Positions 1-14,300 of a stretch of 64,000 nt of DNA are shown piece by piece (the first letter of the stretch is position 1; each line of letters begins with the position of its first letter). The translations under genes were made by a program, and so were the position numbers. Source of the stretch: Amoebophrya sp. A120. Taxonomy: Eukaryota > Protista > Dinoflagellata. Under the pieces are notes generated by a model that was not told the DNA's origin, did not search any database, and saw nothing but the letters and a program-made list of their open reading frames with translations. The stretch lies in NCBI GenBank assembly GCA_905178155.1, contig CAJINV010000005.1, positions 2,172,054 to 2,236,053 on the forward strand, in the 5' to 3' direction.

Positions 1-2767
1 GCTAAAGCCCGCGAATGGAACCAGTGCGGAAACCTCCTGTTCCGCAAATCCGCCGCAGATGTCCCCTTTGGACGCGGAGCAGATACGGGAGATTTTGCGC
101 GCAGATTTCGAAGAGCTCGCAGGGGCAAACTCCGCAAGCACCTCAACTTCGGCGCATGACAAACTAAATAACGCAGGATCATCAACATCTTCCCAACCTC
201 CAAATAGAATAGACCAGCAGTCCTTTCAGTCCGAGGATTTTTCCCAGCAGACCAGCGAGTTTTTGCAGCAGAACTTCGAGCTCTACGAAGATATGGATTG
301 CAAAAATGTCTGGGTCTGGAAACTTGTAATGCTGCGTTGGGAATAATGAATGCTCTGTAATGCACAGTCAAGCATGAGAAATGTCTGCGCTTCTTTGTGT
401 TGCGTTTTTCGCATGACAAACTGCGTTTTTGCATGACAGGCAACAGGGTCTCTTCTTGGACACGCATCGCAAACTTTTTGGTCATGCCAGACAAGCATGA
501 CAAACTTGCAATCTTCCAGACCCAGACATTTTTGCATTTGATAGAAGACGCCTTCGACCTCTTCGGGGCGGTGACTGTGGAAAAGGCCGTGAAGTTGGGA
601 CAGTGCGACACGCTGGAGGAAATTAGCGATTACGTCGAGAGGCACCAACACGAACCGGATTGGGCGCTTTCGATGGAAGCGATCGACTTCCGGCAGACAC
701 TGGACCTGCTGACCAAGGTGCACGATATCTACGCGGCGAAAACTACGACGGAAAGTGAGAGTTTTGGAGCCGCGATGGAACTTACGCCGAAAGCGGGTGT
801 GGACGAGAGTGTCGACGAAGGTAAAGAAATCTGAAGCTGCGTTTGGTCACACAACTGATTTCAGTTGTTTATTCGTTATTCCTTTTGCATTCGCATCTAG
901 TTCTAGATCTACCATCTACGTTCGCCGTGTTATGAAAGAGTGCCTTCTTCTACGTAAGTGCCATTGACGAGCAAGAAGTCAAAAAAGATTATACAAATCG
1001 TCACATCAAAATTTTCCTACAGACGAGCAGCGCAACCGGCGGTTGGAGCTTTTGCACAAGATTTTTTCGAAGATTGCCTACCACCCGTTCGATGACAAGG
1101 TGCGGAGTGTAAAAGCCAAAGTTATTTACGACAAGATGTCCGCCGACTTACTGCTCCAAGGGAAAGTCGCAGACTTGATGGTGACCTGCGGTTTTCAGAT
1201 AAAAGCAGAGTCCCCACGGGGCAACAACGACGCAAACAACACGACGAGCATCGCCGCGCAGGTGATGCGCGTGAAGCAGGAGAAGTTGAATTTGACGGTG
1301 CAAAATGCGAACAGCCAGGTTGTTTTTCATTTCCCGCACCAACTCGACACGGACCGGAAGGAGGTGGTGCGTTTCCATCGCGTTTTCAGCTTACTCGAGG
1401 ATCTGGTCTCCAGCTTGCAAGTGGAGGAGCTGCAGGCAGTGGAAGTTGACCTTGCGCCCGGTGGCGCGACTTCTGCAACAGAAGTGCTTTGCTCCACCCC
1501 GAACTTGTCTTCCTCCGCACAGAGCAGCAAGAACACGGTAGTGGCTAGTACGCCGTCGATACTAGAGCTGCAGCCCCCTGTAATATTAACGCCTAAGGTC
1601 GTACAACAAGGGACGACTTCTAAAGCTTCCTCCTCGTCGTCCGTCGGCAGTCCCACCCCAAACAGCAACCAGTCCTTCTCGCCGCCCGAGCGCGGAGTTC
1701 ATCCTGGCGGAGAGACCACGAGCCGGAGCAAACCGCCGCAGCAGCAGAACAGGCCCGGTAGCGGGAAAAAGGAGCCCTACATACCCGGGAAGAAACCGCC
1801 GATCTCCAAAGACGAAATGCGCCTGAAGCGGCTGGCAAAGTTGGAGGAAGGGACTTCTGCAGGGAGTAGCCTTGGATCGACTGCTGCCAAGGCGAAGTCT
1901 TCCGCCGCCCGGTCGCTGCAGGGGGCGCTGGACTACGGGACCATGAGGAGAAAAGTGGTGAAGGAGCAGGATCGGAGGGAGAAAGAGCAGGAACAGAGAA
2001 CCGGCGTGGTCAGGCGGAGAAACAAGCCAAAGGCGACGGGGTACTGGGGCAACGTGTGGAGTCTGATGGAACACAACAACACGGCGGAGAATTTCCAAAT
2101 CCGGTCGGTGCCCAACCGGAACAACCCGGTATGGCGGTCCGAAGATGATCCGATCAAAAGAGGCAATGATGGCTTTTCGACAGGTGGTCGTGGCACTCCC
2201 TCGTTGTCTGAGCTGACGGACCGAAAAGCGAAGTTCTTCAACCTGCAAGACGTGGAAAACCTCCGGTGGCGCGACGCGATCCGGGACACCCCGAAATACG
2301 CAGAGTCGTGGTGGAACAGCCAGCCGCAGTCGACAAATTACAGCGAGGTGGCGCGAAGGAGTTACGACCCGGCGTATTTGGGGCGGAAAGCGCTGGACTA
2401 CACGAATCGTTTTCGGGGCGAAAACGGCCTGCCACCTTTGAAATGGAATGAAGCTATGGCGCAGATCGCGAAAAAGCACGCGGAACAGATGGCGAAGGGG
2501 GAAATGCCCTTCAGTCACGACGGGTTCAACGAACGAGTTAGGCAATTCCCCTTCCACAGCTACAGTTCAGCGGAAAATCTGGCGTATAACCAGGGGCACG
2601 CGGACACGGCCGGCGTCGCGGTAAACGGCTGGATACACTCGCCGGGACACTGCAAAAATTTGTTGTCCCTGACAAATTTGTGCGGGATAGGCGTCGCGGG
2701 CCGTGCGGATGGGACTTTCTACTTCACCCAGCTGTTTGCGAAAACGGCCGGGGGGCTGGCGCCATGA
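1..2767 (+). CDS. PUB-like + C-terminal CAP/SCP domain protein (5'-truncated by window)
   Basis: Frame open from position 2; joined across introner 292-543 and GT-AG intron 821-1022 to ORF 1043-2767. PUB-like ELLHKIFSKIAYHPFDDKVRSVK; CAP motifs NRFRGENGLPPLKWN, FSHDG, AENLA, WIHSPGHCKNLL, FYFTQLF. Confidence 0.8.
292..543. mobile_element. Introner family A (TIR element acting as non-canonical intron)
   Basis: TIR core TGCAAAAATGTCTGGGTCTGGAA / TTCCAGACCCAGACATTTTTGCA; TSD GAAGA (287-291, 544-548); removal gives ELYEDAFDLF in frame. Confidence 0.92.
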
Positions 2768-5037
2768 ATCGTTCTCATTCCGTGGTATTCTTGTACGTAG
2801 TAGACCCACTTGATGGCCGCGGCTCTGAAATTGCAAACCGTCCGCAGATGAGTTTTGCTTGATTTGAGAAATGTTACTGACTCGCTTTCAGGAACCATTA
2901 ACTCATGATGCAAATTCCGATTTTTCCTCAAGGGAGCAACCGCGACCGGACAGGAGACGGAGACGCTTAAGGTGCGGAGCATTTTTTCTCTAAGCGATTA
3001 GGATTACACTGCGGCATTGCTGTTCGCTTCTCTTCTGGTAAGTGTTTGCCTCTTCGTTTTGGCCTGCTGCTGCAGGGAAGCCAATATACCGCAGCAACCA
3101 CATCACAGCACGCCAGTGCGATGGTTCCGACTGGTACCAGGCCAGGCGCTCCCTGGGATACCCATGGCGCGGCTAGCTGCGCCCCATTTTGATCGTGCGG
3201 GGCCGCCAGAGTTGCTAGCCACGCACCGCGGAGGCGGTAGGACGCAACGGGCCCGGCGGGGCCCAAGAACGCGCCGAAGGCCGTGCATGTGTCGATCAAC
3301 CTGCCGACTTGCGGAAAGTGATGAGCCCCAAAGGCAGCGAAGCGGCGCCCGAGAGGCACCCGCGCCGGGCCAACAAGAGGGGCGCCCCGTGCCGCTTCCG
3401 GGCCCTGGTCTCCTCTTCGGAGGATGGGCGCGAGGAATGGCGCCGGATTCCTGCCGAGGCGGGAGGGGCGCTCGCCGAGCAGCTCGAGCCCTCGGCGCCA
3501 GCCCGGACGCGGCGCGGCCGGTATCTATTTCCGGCGCGGGCGAGCTGGAGGAATTTCGTCGACGGCAAGTGGTACCTGGGCCACGTGATCGACACGAAGG
3601 CGGCGGCCCGCCAGGTCTACAACCCGGGCAAGGATGTCCCGGCGGCCAGGCGCCTCCTCGCTTGATGCCGGCCCTACTTCTGCGGTGCGCAGTAAGGTAA
3701 AAGCCAAAAGAACTGCGCTGACAAAACACAGCAGAGAGCTGGCCCCGGCCCCGTGCAATATGCAGAACGAAGGCTGCGCAAAGCACGGGCCCGCAAGGGG
3801 CGGGCCCCTTGCTGCGAGACACGAGAGAGGCCGGGGGCTGCTTGGCGGGCCCTAGGTGCAGCGCCGCCCTGCGGCAGCGATTGGGGCGGCGCGCGCCAGC
3901 TGCGCAATTTGGCCGGCGCGGGCAGCGGGCCCGCCCGGAGGAACGAAGGCGCCCCGGCGCCGTAGCGGCGCGCGCCCGCGTCGGCAGTCGGCGGGGACAT
4001 GCCGCCGGGGCCGCTGGGAAACAGAGCGGCGCGAGGGCCCCCGACCTACCCGCCATCTGCTTCGTCGACCAGCGCCGCCACTGTGAATTCGACCAAAAGC
4101 ATTCTCGACTACATGCGGTAGCTGTCGCCACGCACGGCAAAACACTGCGCGCGCCTTGCATGTTGACAACACAGCCACAGCTTCTGGCTCTGCCGGGGCC
4201 CGATCAAATTCGGGCCGGGCCGACCGAGGGAGCGAGGCCAGGCCGTGCGGCTACCTGGAACGCTCGGCGGGAAAGAAGCAGGGCGCGGCGTAAATTGCAA
4301 GCGGCCCCCAGCGGCGGGTCCCGCAGCGACATCTGTAGCGAGACCAGCCTCGGCCCTCCTGCAGGCTTGAAGGACTGCGCGCCCGTTGACCTTCTTGACA
4401 GGCTGGCACTTCCGGCCGGAGGCGCTTGGCGGTGCTTCCGTCTGGGGAGAGGCACGCCGCAGCAGCATCTCGGGCCCCGGCCCTCCCGCGATGCGCCTCC
4501 TGCCGCGGCCGGCCTACCTAGCGCCGCCCGGCGCCGGGCGCCGTTGCACGGGTGGGCGCCGTTGCGCATATCGGCCCGCGGCCGCCGGGGTTGGCCCGTG
4601 CGACCACTGGCATTGGTTTCGGAAATTGGCGCCGGGGCCTCCAGGCCGGGCGCAGATTGGGTAGTGAATCTGAAGGCGCGACGTCGCCGTCTGCTTGCGC
4701 GTGCCTATATTGCTAGCAGGCCGCCGTGGCCGCCGCTCTCGATGCGCAGTGCCTCACTTTTCCATCTTCCGTATACGTAAGCACACATTGATTGAAAATG
4801 TTGAGGATATCAGGATCATCAGAAAACTTCTGTTCGCGCCACGCTCAGTCACTTAGAACGATCCTAAAGCAAGCAACCTGATCCGGAGATCAAATGAGGA
4901 GCTAAAAGCAAAAATGAAAGAAATGCCGTGATCCTGACCGAGTATCTACTTTTTTGCCTCTTTCCGAGTCAAGTTTCGACCTTTCTATTTTCTGAATTTT
5001 TCCCTCAGTTGACTTGAAAAGATCAAGTATACAACCT

Positions 5038-5113
5038 CTAGTGGACGAGCAAAGATAGACTCCCCACGTACATACAAACTCCTAGTGGACGAGGTATATA
5101 CTCCCCACGTACA
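5038..5113. repeat. Short imperfect direct repeat (2 x ~44 bp)
   Basis: CTAGTGGACGAG...ACTCCCCACGTACA occurs twice in intergenic DNA. Confidence 0.6.
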
Positions 5114-5562
5114 CACTGAAGAGCACAACAAAATAGAAACACGAAGAGCGCTTGTTGTGAGTTGCAAGTTTACAGCGCGTACACAAGTAGTAGCAGAAAC
5201 TCACCGATTTGTAGCAATAAGATTTCTACATCTAAAAGTAGACTTCTGAAAGTCGATACAGTCGAAACTTCTTTTGATAATCCGCTTGAATTTGTTTACG
5301 ATAGAAAACCGAAGAAAACTCAAAGTTGTAATTGATACACAGAAGAGTAAAACAATACTGCGAATTCCGTCCAGAAACCGCTTTGCTTTTGACGGCTTTT
5401 ACATTTTTGATTTCATTTATTAAAAAACGCTTATCTCAAAGTCTATCAATTTGGATTTTTCGCATTCCATCAAACAAACTTTATTTGTACCCAGTACCAG
5501 ATAACCGTATCTAACCCTAGCACATCGATCTTACAAAAATTATACCCAAAAGTTGGTACAAA

Positions 5563-8500
5563 ATGACGACCACCCCGCTACTGCCCGAACCCGGGAGCAG
5601 TCCAGCGACGTCCTCCAAAACGCCGCTTGCCAACGGGGACGAGCCACCTAGCAGTAAAAGGGACAGTTCCAAAATCAGCCACGACGCAGATGGAGCATCC
5701 TCTTCTTCCGCCCACGAAAATAATGATCACACCCGTGACTCCAAGGAATCCACGCACAGCAGACGCAAGAATTCGAAGGAAAAGGAAAACTCCAAAGAAC
5801 CACACGGAAATAATGCACCTGCCGGTCCGTCGAAATACCGCAACAAGCGGGACAAAGGACAACATCAGCACCAGAGCAACAAAACCGACAAAACGAACAA
5901 CCACCCCTGGTGGCGGAAGCGGAAACGGAAGGAGTTGACCGAGGGGATCGTGAAACTGAAATACGACACGGAGGACAAGCAGTACGTGTTTATCACGAAT
6001 GAAGAAGTATCCGCCGAGTACGCGGACAGCCCCGACATCTTCGCGCTAAAACGCGACTTCAAGGACGGGGAATGGCCGCTGGTCAACCGCGGGGACAAGG
6101 TGAAATTCTACCTGAAACAGTCCGACGACGGCACGAAGCCGATCGCGAAACGGGTCCGGTACGGCGCGGACGCCGGCGCTCGGGCGGAGCGGAAGGAGCA
6201 GGTTGGAAGCAAGAAGGAGATTTTCCCGAATTACTACACCGTTGAGAAAGTCCGGGCCGGGTTGATGGACGGAAGTTTGCGGGAGGGGATTTTGCGGGTG
6301 AATCCGAAAAAACCGTCAACCGCGTACGTGGATTTGGGATCAGCCAAGGACACGGCGAACAACGAACGGGATTTGCTAATCCAGGGCCACTCAAACCGAA
6401 ATCGCGCGGTCCACGGTGACCGCGTGGTGGTCCGGATTTTGCCGGAAAGGGAGGAGGACGCGCGTAACGCAGAGCTGAAGGCGAAAAAGAAGATCGAGGA
6501 CAGGTCGGAAACTATGATGTTGAAAAACATGGCGAAAAAAGCAATCGACCTGCAGGACGAAGCACTAGGTGGTGACGCCAGTCCGAATAGACCGGCGACC
6601 GATCTGCAGGATGCGTTGGACGCCGCGCTGGCCGATTCCTTTGATAATTTGAATGTTTCTACGGGCGGTGACAAAAAAGCGGAGGAAAAATCCTCTGCTT
6701 CGAAACGAACCAACGGTGTTGATGCAGCGGATCTAGGATCCGACGAGGATGAGATTGAGTCCGACGCAGAAGCCGATGTGTTGGACGAATTAGCGGAGGA
6801 AGAGGAGGAGGATTGGAACGACGAGGAAGAAGACCGAAAAAGCAATTTCAACACGGCACAGGTCGTCTTCATTGCCGACTACTCCGGCCGAAATCGAAGC
6901 TTCGTTTGCACCCTGTGCCCGAACAATAGTGAAGGCACGGCGGGGAAGACGTCGATGGTGAAGGAGAACGAGAAGTTTGTGAAGGCTTGTCCGGTGGATA
7001 AAAAGTTCCCGTGGATTTTGATCTACTTGAGGGACGAAGTGAAGAAGAAGCTGAAAGTCCCGGGAAAACTGGACAAATTCATGTACTGGTCCGTGAAAAT
7101 CGACAAGTGGGACAGCACGAGCATATTGCCGCTCGGGAATTTGGCCGAGAAACCAATCGGCAAAGCGGGGGACGCCGAGGCGGAGGTGATGAAGGCATTG
7201 GAGGAAACGGAATTGGCGGAACACAACAAGGACTTTGACGACGACATTTTGGACGAGGTACTTACTTTTTTGATGCACAAATCTCAACTCTTCGTCATAG
7301 TCTAGAAGAATTGAGTTTATTCCTGTAGGTCTTGCTGTAGCTTACACCGCAAGAATTTTTGTGGGCAGTTGTAGAACCTCAAACTGCTGAAGTCGTGTAG
7401 GAGTAGCAGTTCCCTTTTGATTATATTTCGCACTAAAAATCCGTAGTTCGAATTCCTGCCACGACCTACTGTTTGCTTATAAAAATCCTCTTATCCCAGG
7501 TCGAAGAGATCGTCCAACGCACCACGGAAACCTTCGAAGAAATCGCGGAGAAGCGGATAGACCTCCGGAAAGAACTGAAAAACGGGGTCCGGATCATGAC
7601 GATCGACCCGAAAACCGCCCGTGATCTCGACGACGCCATCCACGTGAAGAAGATTAACAACGAAATAACCGAATTCGGGGTGCACATCGCCGACGTCGCG
7701 CACTTCGTGAAGCCGGGGTCACACGTGGACAAAATGGCGAAATTCAGATGCACCTCCGTCTACATGCCGGACCGCGTTCTGCCGATGTTGCCCCATGCCC
7801 TCTGCAACCACCTGTGCTCGCTCAATCCGAACGAGAACAAGTGCGCCTTCTCCGTGTTCTTCCGCATCGACAACAACGGCGAGTTGATGGTGGACGAGAA
7901 AAACGAGTATCAATTGCAAAAATGTCTGGGTCTGGAAGATTGCAACTTGTCATGCTGTCTCTGGATTCCAAAAAAATCTGTATTGCGTGACCAACAACAG
8001 GAGTCCAGTTTGTGTTACGAAGGGAGGGCATTTCTCATGCGGAATAGGCATCAGGAAGCCTTCTATCTAAAAATCTGTGATGCTAGATCATGCATCACGT
8101 GCACTATGGCTCATAAAAAATATACATCACAAATCCCGGAATCTTCCAGACCCAGACATTTTTACAGTTGATAACGAGCCCTGGATCGCGAAAACGGTGA
8201 TCAACACCTGTTGTCGCTTCAACTACGACCAGGTCCTATCAAATGTAAAAATGTCTGGGTCTGGAAACCTGTAATGCTAAAAATGAATGATATACGCACT
8301 GCAGTACACAGCTATGCATGACAAATTTTTTGGCTGCCATGTCTTACGTATTCCGCATGGCAAACTGCGTTTTTGCATGACAGATGAGAGGGCTTTTTCG
8401 TGCCTATGCAACACAGATTCTCGAGTCATGCCAGACAAGCATGACAAACTTGCATTCTTCCAGACCCAGACATTTTTGCATTTGATAGGTCCAGGAAATC

Positions 8501-11026
8501 TACGACTTCGGCGGCGCGCAGGCGTTGACCGGCGACGCGCGGCCGGAGGTCTACCACGGCGCGAGCTGGGAGGAGTGCGTGAAGGATCTGTTTCTGATCT
8601 ACAAGGTCTGCACCAAGATCCGCAACGCGAGGTTCGGAAACGGGGCGCTGTCGATGCACAAATCGAAGCTGATTTTCAAAACGACCGACGCCTCCGCCGG
8701 CATGCCGACGGGGTACGCGAAGGAGGTGCATTCCCCCTCGCACTGGGTCATCGAGGAGTTGATGCTGCTCGCGAACAAATCGGTCGCCCGCGTGCAGCAG
8801 AAGCACGACGTGTTTGACAGCTTAGCCGTTCTGCGGAACCACCCGCCGCCGGACGAGAAAAAGGCGAAACGGGTTTTGGAAACCATGCAGCTCTGCGGAA
8901 TTGAGTACAGCAACTCCACGGCGGGAGACCTACACAAGTGCCTCACCAAGATCCACAAGATCTACGGAGAGGAAGTCGCGGCAACAGCCAGCATGCTCAC
9001 CATGAAGTGCGGGATGCGGCCAGCGTCTTATTTCATCGGGGAGGACGAGCCCCCGCACCACTTCGCCCTGAACTTTGACCAGTATACGCACTTTACAAGT
9101 CCGATCCGAAGGTACGCAGACGTGATGGTGCACCGGGTTCTGAACGCCATCTTGGAGAAGAAAACGAAGGAGCAATTCATGATCGAAGATTTGGACGACG
9201 CGGACCGCGAGGCGGTGCCCGAGAAGGATGACAATCTGCTCGGGAAATTAGGCGGGGGAAGGGGCGGAAATAAGCACGCGGAATTGAACACCGACGGACT
9301 GAGCGACGATGACTTGAACGACCAAGCTGGCAGCTTGCGGGGAACGCACAGGTAGGGTGATTTTTGTAAGTAGAAGTACAAACAAAGTGAAATTTTTTTG
9401 AAGCAGTTTTGTGTGTAGGAGGATGCGGGGGATGCGAAGGTTCGGGTAGGTGGAAAAATACTTTCACACTCAAAATGCGTACTACACAAGTCAATTTTCT
9501 AGTTGTCTTAATGCCGAAGCCTAATGGTTGTACATGACAAGCATAAAACTCCAGGCGTGGTGGCGGTCCCAAGCAGAACTACCAGAAAAACCTGAAGAAC
9601 ATGATGGACGACTACAATTCCTCTGGCTTCGTTCAACAAGACACTCTTCGCCCGAAAAAGGAAGACTACCCAGAGGCAAAAACCGCCACCGCGGCAGCTG
9701 CTTCTGGTGATGCTAAACCCACAGACGGTAGCACAACTGGGCCGGAGTTGAATGAGGACGGCACATTGAAGGTGGATGATGACGACAACAACGAGGAATC
9801 CGACAAGAAGTGCCAGGCGAACATCGCGATGGGCAACCAGTGCAAGTCGTGCAACAAAAAGAAAAAGGCGTCGAAGGACTGCCAGGAGGAACTGGACCGC
9901 GCGTGGTTCTGCATGCTGCTCCGGGACCAGAAGAACTGGTGGTACCGGGTATCCTAAGTGAAAACGTCCCCACACCAGAGTCAAATTGGGAAATCTGCTA
10001 GACAAATCCACCAGCTTTGGTTGTTTCGCATGACAGGCTTGCCCTCGTAGTGTAATCCTGTTTAGCTTATTCAGCAGCATCACAGATCTGGCATATCTTG
10101 CTGATTCTAGCATCACAAAGCCCAAAACACGACTAGAAAATGCGTCTCATGGGTCTCGGCATGAGAAACATTCTCAGCATGCAGATTTGCATTACAGCTC
10201 TGGGGTGGGGACGTTTTTACAAATGATACCGGGCCGCGACGGTAACCGAGATCCAGCCGGACGGCATCACTGTGTTCGCGCACGAGATTGGGAAGGAGAA
10301 GAAAATTTTTGTGACTGACATCCGGACGCACCACGACATCCCGAACCTGTTCGTAAAGGAGGTGAACGACGAGGTGATGCTTCCGGAGGAATTTGAGTAC
10401 TGGAGCAAGTCCCACATGAAGGTCACCTGGAGCAACAAAAAAGTGGAAGACACGCAGTTCCTTTACGGAGACGAAAGACCAGACTTGGAGGAAACCGAGG
10501 GGCAAGTGCTTGGAAGTACTATACGTTTTTACTTTAGCTGTCTTGTTTCGTGATTGATAGAAGCCGCGTCGCTATAAAAAGTTTACTATCTTGAGGTCCT
10601 ACATGATTTCGTACACATGCAGAAAAATTCTCAATCGCCATTGCTATCCGAATAACTACCACAGGCGACGTCGCTCCCCCGCCGGGAATGGACGTGATAG
10701 ACATTGAACAGATGACGGTGGAGCAGGACATCCATCTCCTCTCCGTGGTCCCCATTGTACTGATCCCGACCAACACCGTCCCAATAGACTTTGTGATGCT
10801 GCTCGTTTCCCCCTACCATGCGCAGTGGCGAAAAGTGGAAATTACGGACAAGGAGAGGCGGGGGTTCAACAACGCACCGGTGGAGTCGTTCGATGAAGAC
10901 GGCGACTCGGATGACGACGACAACGAGGACTACGGAACGCAAAGACGACCGCCGAAGAACGCGAAGGGAAAAGGAAAAAAAGGCGGAAAGAAGGGCGGTG
11001 GCAAAGCGAGAGGGCGGGCGAGCTGA
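5563..11026 (+). CDS. DIS3L2: DIS3L2-like RNase II/RNB family 3'-5' exoribonuclease
   Basis: RNRAVHGDRVVV (CSD), TIDPKTARDLDDAIH, GVHIADVAHFV, TSVYMPDRVLPMLP, HWVIEELMLLAN, HFALNFDQYTHFTSPIRRYADVMVHR; no PIN domain seen. GT-AG introns 7258-7499, 9352-9554, 10516-10664 plus three introners. Confidence 0.88.
7908..8173. mobile_element. Introner family A
   Basis: Family A TIRs; TSD ACGAG; removal gives DEKNEPWIAKTVIN. Confidence 0.92.
8237..8487. mobile_element. Introner family A (also readable as GT-AG intron 8233-8488)
   Basis: Family A TIRs; TSD GGTCC; removal gives NYDQVQEIYDF. Confidence 0.92.
9950..10228. mobile_element. Introner family B
   Basis: TIR core AAAACGTCCCCAC / GTGGGGACGTTTT; TSD CCGGG; removal gives WWYRAATVTEIQPDG. 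Confidence 0.9.
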
Positions 11027-11784
11027 GGTCCCGGTGCTGTCTTCTTGTTCGGGGAAGAAACGAAGATCTATGTATAATTCCAAGAATAAGTACTACACGT
11101 TCGTTCACCTAAGAGTAATATCTAGCGACAACTTCTTTTGGGAAAAACAGTTTTAGTAAACACTTCAATGGACCAGTACGTAGTGACTTTCATACAAGCG
11201 ACATTGTTGGGACCTTTTTTCGAGAAGAACAGGACAAGCTCTACTTGATGAGAGTGTGGGAAACAGACTTTGCGCGAGAATGCAAGATACTTGCTGGGTG
11301 GAGGCAAGATTAATGGGACGAACTTGAGAGTGAAGATGATTTCTGTTCGTTATCGAAAAATGCGATCTTCCGGGGCTGATTGTCGAAACATGCGATCTGG
11401 GGATGAAGGGGCATAGAGTTTTGGAATTAAAGCTGATCAACCACGGCAAGATTGATGGTAAAAGAAAAATGCGGTCCCAGTTTTCTTGACTGTGCAGATT
11501 TTCTGCTTGGGTTTTTGTATTGGCTTTTGACTCCAACATGGTTTTCGTGGAAGTATCACTTGATTTGTTGCAATTCGCTAACGAGACAGGATCACCGGCA
11601 CCAGCTACGACTGGACGCAAGTAAATCAGCTAACGAGACCGTCCTGCGCAAGTAAATTGAAGCATTGACACCATGCTGATAAGTTTATGTATTATTTATG
11701 TTGAAAATGATGCGTTACAACAAGACCTGAGGTTCTAAAAGTTTCACCCGCACCAGTGACATTTTTTTTTCCGCGCTAGTAAAA

Positions 11785-13095
11785 ATGGACGACATACTGA
11801 ATTCCCTGTGGGAGTGGACGCAGGGAAACCTGAAGCTGTACAACCCAGAAGCGAACTTTTACGATGATCTCCAGGTCGTGGCGGTGCGAGTGGTCGTACT
11901 ACTCGTTGCAAGGTATCTACACTCTTTACAACTTGTTCCAAATGGTGTTTTGTGCATGACAGGACCGTTTTTATTATTTACATGCTGAGCACGACGCAGC
12001 GGGAGTTCTTTCATCTTGTGTGAAAATGAATACCAATACCTCGGTATCAACCCAAACCACAGGTTCTGCTTCGCCGGTGCGTACCACCGCGAGCTGCGGA
12101 AATGCCCCTGCCTCCTCGACTATGTCACGAAAACCGGCGACTACGCGGATTTGCAAAAGGCGAAGTTTTTCGAAAATTTATGGTACACCATGTGGCACAG
12201 CAGCATATCCGCGTGGACAATCTCTCTCTTTTTGAAAGAGCCCTGGCGAGAAAACATCTACAACTACGATTTATCCGTCATCTTCGGGAATTGGCTTTCG
12301 CAACGGGCCTCGCCGGAAGTCATCACCTGGTACCTCTGGCAGCTGGCGTTTTGGATAAGTAGTTTGATCTACCTGTTTCTCGAGAAGCGGAGAAAAGACT
12401 TCTACATGATGCTGACCCACCACTTGGCGACCTGCACTTTGGTGTTCTTCTCATACTGGTGGAACTACTGGCGCATTGGCTTACTCGTATTGCTCTTCCA
12501 CGATGCGGTGGACATTTTCCTCTACGCGACGAAGGCGGGGAAGGACAGCCTCCCGCGGAAGATCACAGAAATACTCTTCGTTTTCTTTTTACTGTCCTAT
12601 TTGGTGCTCCGCCTAATCCTCTACCCGTCAATATGCGTCTACACGGCGGTCCGAACGGGGTGGGGGGATATTGTCGATCCGGTGCTCAAGTACTTGTTCG
12701 ATTTGAAGCCGTTTCCAGTAGATCGGGAGATGAAAAGTTCGGGCGCCGGGTTCTACTCGATGCCGGCGCTGCTTTGTGTGTTACAAGTCCTGCACATTCT
12801 CTGGTTTCGAATGATACTGATCATCGCGGTGAAGGCAATAAAAGCCAGTCTGCACGACACGGGTGACATCCGGTCCGAATCGGACATAAGTCCCGCGAAC
12901 AGCCCTGTGCCGTCGAAAGCGTCGAACACGGAATTCTCCGCTGGTAAGGAATTTCAAGTATCAAATCCCCAGGACAAGGTCAGGGCGGCGGTAGCAGAAA
13001 AAGGATCACCAGCAGCAGCAGTGCCGGCCTTTGAACTAGAGGACAAAGGAGAGATGAACAATAAGCCGAAAACAAGAAAACGACTGCAGAAGTGA
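11785..13095 (+). CDS. Ceramide synthase (LAG1/LASS, TLC domain)
   Basis: Lag1 motif RRKDFYMMLTHHLAT...GLLVLLFHDAVDIFL, KFFENLW, HILWFRMI; one GT-AG intron ~11913-11999. Confidence 0.88.
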
Positions 13096-14300
13096 GCCTT
13101 GCGGTCGGCATTCCAATTAGAGCTGCACCACAGAGCCTCTGTAAGTACTTCTGGTGGCATGAGGCATAGTTCTTGGCCGTGTTTAGGGGCGTGTACTAGT
13201 TCTTGTTCGACCTGTCGTGCCCGCGATTCCTCCGCGACGCGCATTTGGGACCAACGACCCAGTGGAGAAATGGCCCGCCGAGCGACGACGAGTGTTTCTG
13301 GTTTTGAGATGAACTTCCACAGGAACGGAAAGTAGCCTTCTCTCGTCGCTTCTTCAGTGACGGGCTTTTTTCCCAAGGAAGAATAATGATTTTTTGAGCA
13401 GGGAAAGGATGATGTGCTGGGTGAGAATTTCAGTCGTCAAATCGAAAGCGCGCGACACAAAAGTAGTAACACGCAATGGCATGAGCGTAAAGAAGATCGC
13501 TTTCACGCGATGCAGCGGAGCAGGGTCGGCAGCTGATGCTACTGCCGGCGAGGTACTACTCTCTCTGGGGTTGTTCGGGGTTACTTAGGCAGCCTTAATT
13601 TCTGGCCCAAGAATAAGCAGCGATAGAATCAAAATCGAGTATGAAGTGAAATTCTGGTGCTTTTGCGAAGCCGAGATCATATTCCGCAATGCTTTCGTTC
13701 TAAATCTAAACTTGATGATCGGCGGCCACACTGAGAAACAAGCAAGCACACGTTTCTGAAGATCCAAGATCTGCGATATTCCAAATCTAAAGAATTCCCC
13801 CGCCATCGATCCTCATCCTTTGAAATCAATTTTCAAGAGCCCTTCAGTCACCGCGGCTGTCCGAAATCCAAATTTGGTTCTAAGTGGATCAAGACGGAAG
13901 CTACACCCAACGGGAGAATTTCTAAATCGCATCCGAATCGCTGGCACTTAGATCTCAGAAAGCACAACGTTCTGAGCTAGGAGTTTTATGCAGACATCAA
14001 GTGCATCATTTATCCGGCGGACGACCGAATTTAATTCCGTTTCCGAGAGTCATTTCCTTTTCCAAAACAATAAACTTCCGCCAAATAAACTACCACTCCA
14101 GGGTATAGTTGTGTCACTAGATCTATTCGTTTAGATTTAGTCCCATAGCTTCTGCAATAGATATCACAAGTCCAAACTTGTTGCATTCTTGCGGGTGATG
14201 TGCTAAGCTGAAAGCCATCACTTAACCACTAGATACCTCTTTGGGTAAGCAAAGCAAGCTTTTCACGTGCGGAATTTCCACCAAACCCTCTTCGCCCCGG

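Noticed and set aside
3017-4780. Long overlapping ORFs on both strands
   Set aside because: Stop-poor GC-rich shadow ORFs without recognisable domains or host-like composition.
7473-10553. DIS3L2 (and other split genes) as frameshifted pseudogenes
   Set aside because: Frames and catalytic motifs are fully restored on removing element plus one TSD; no independent lesions seen.
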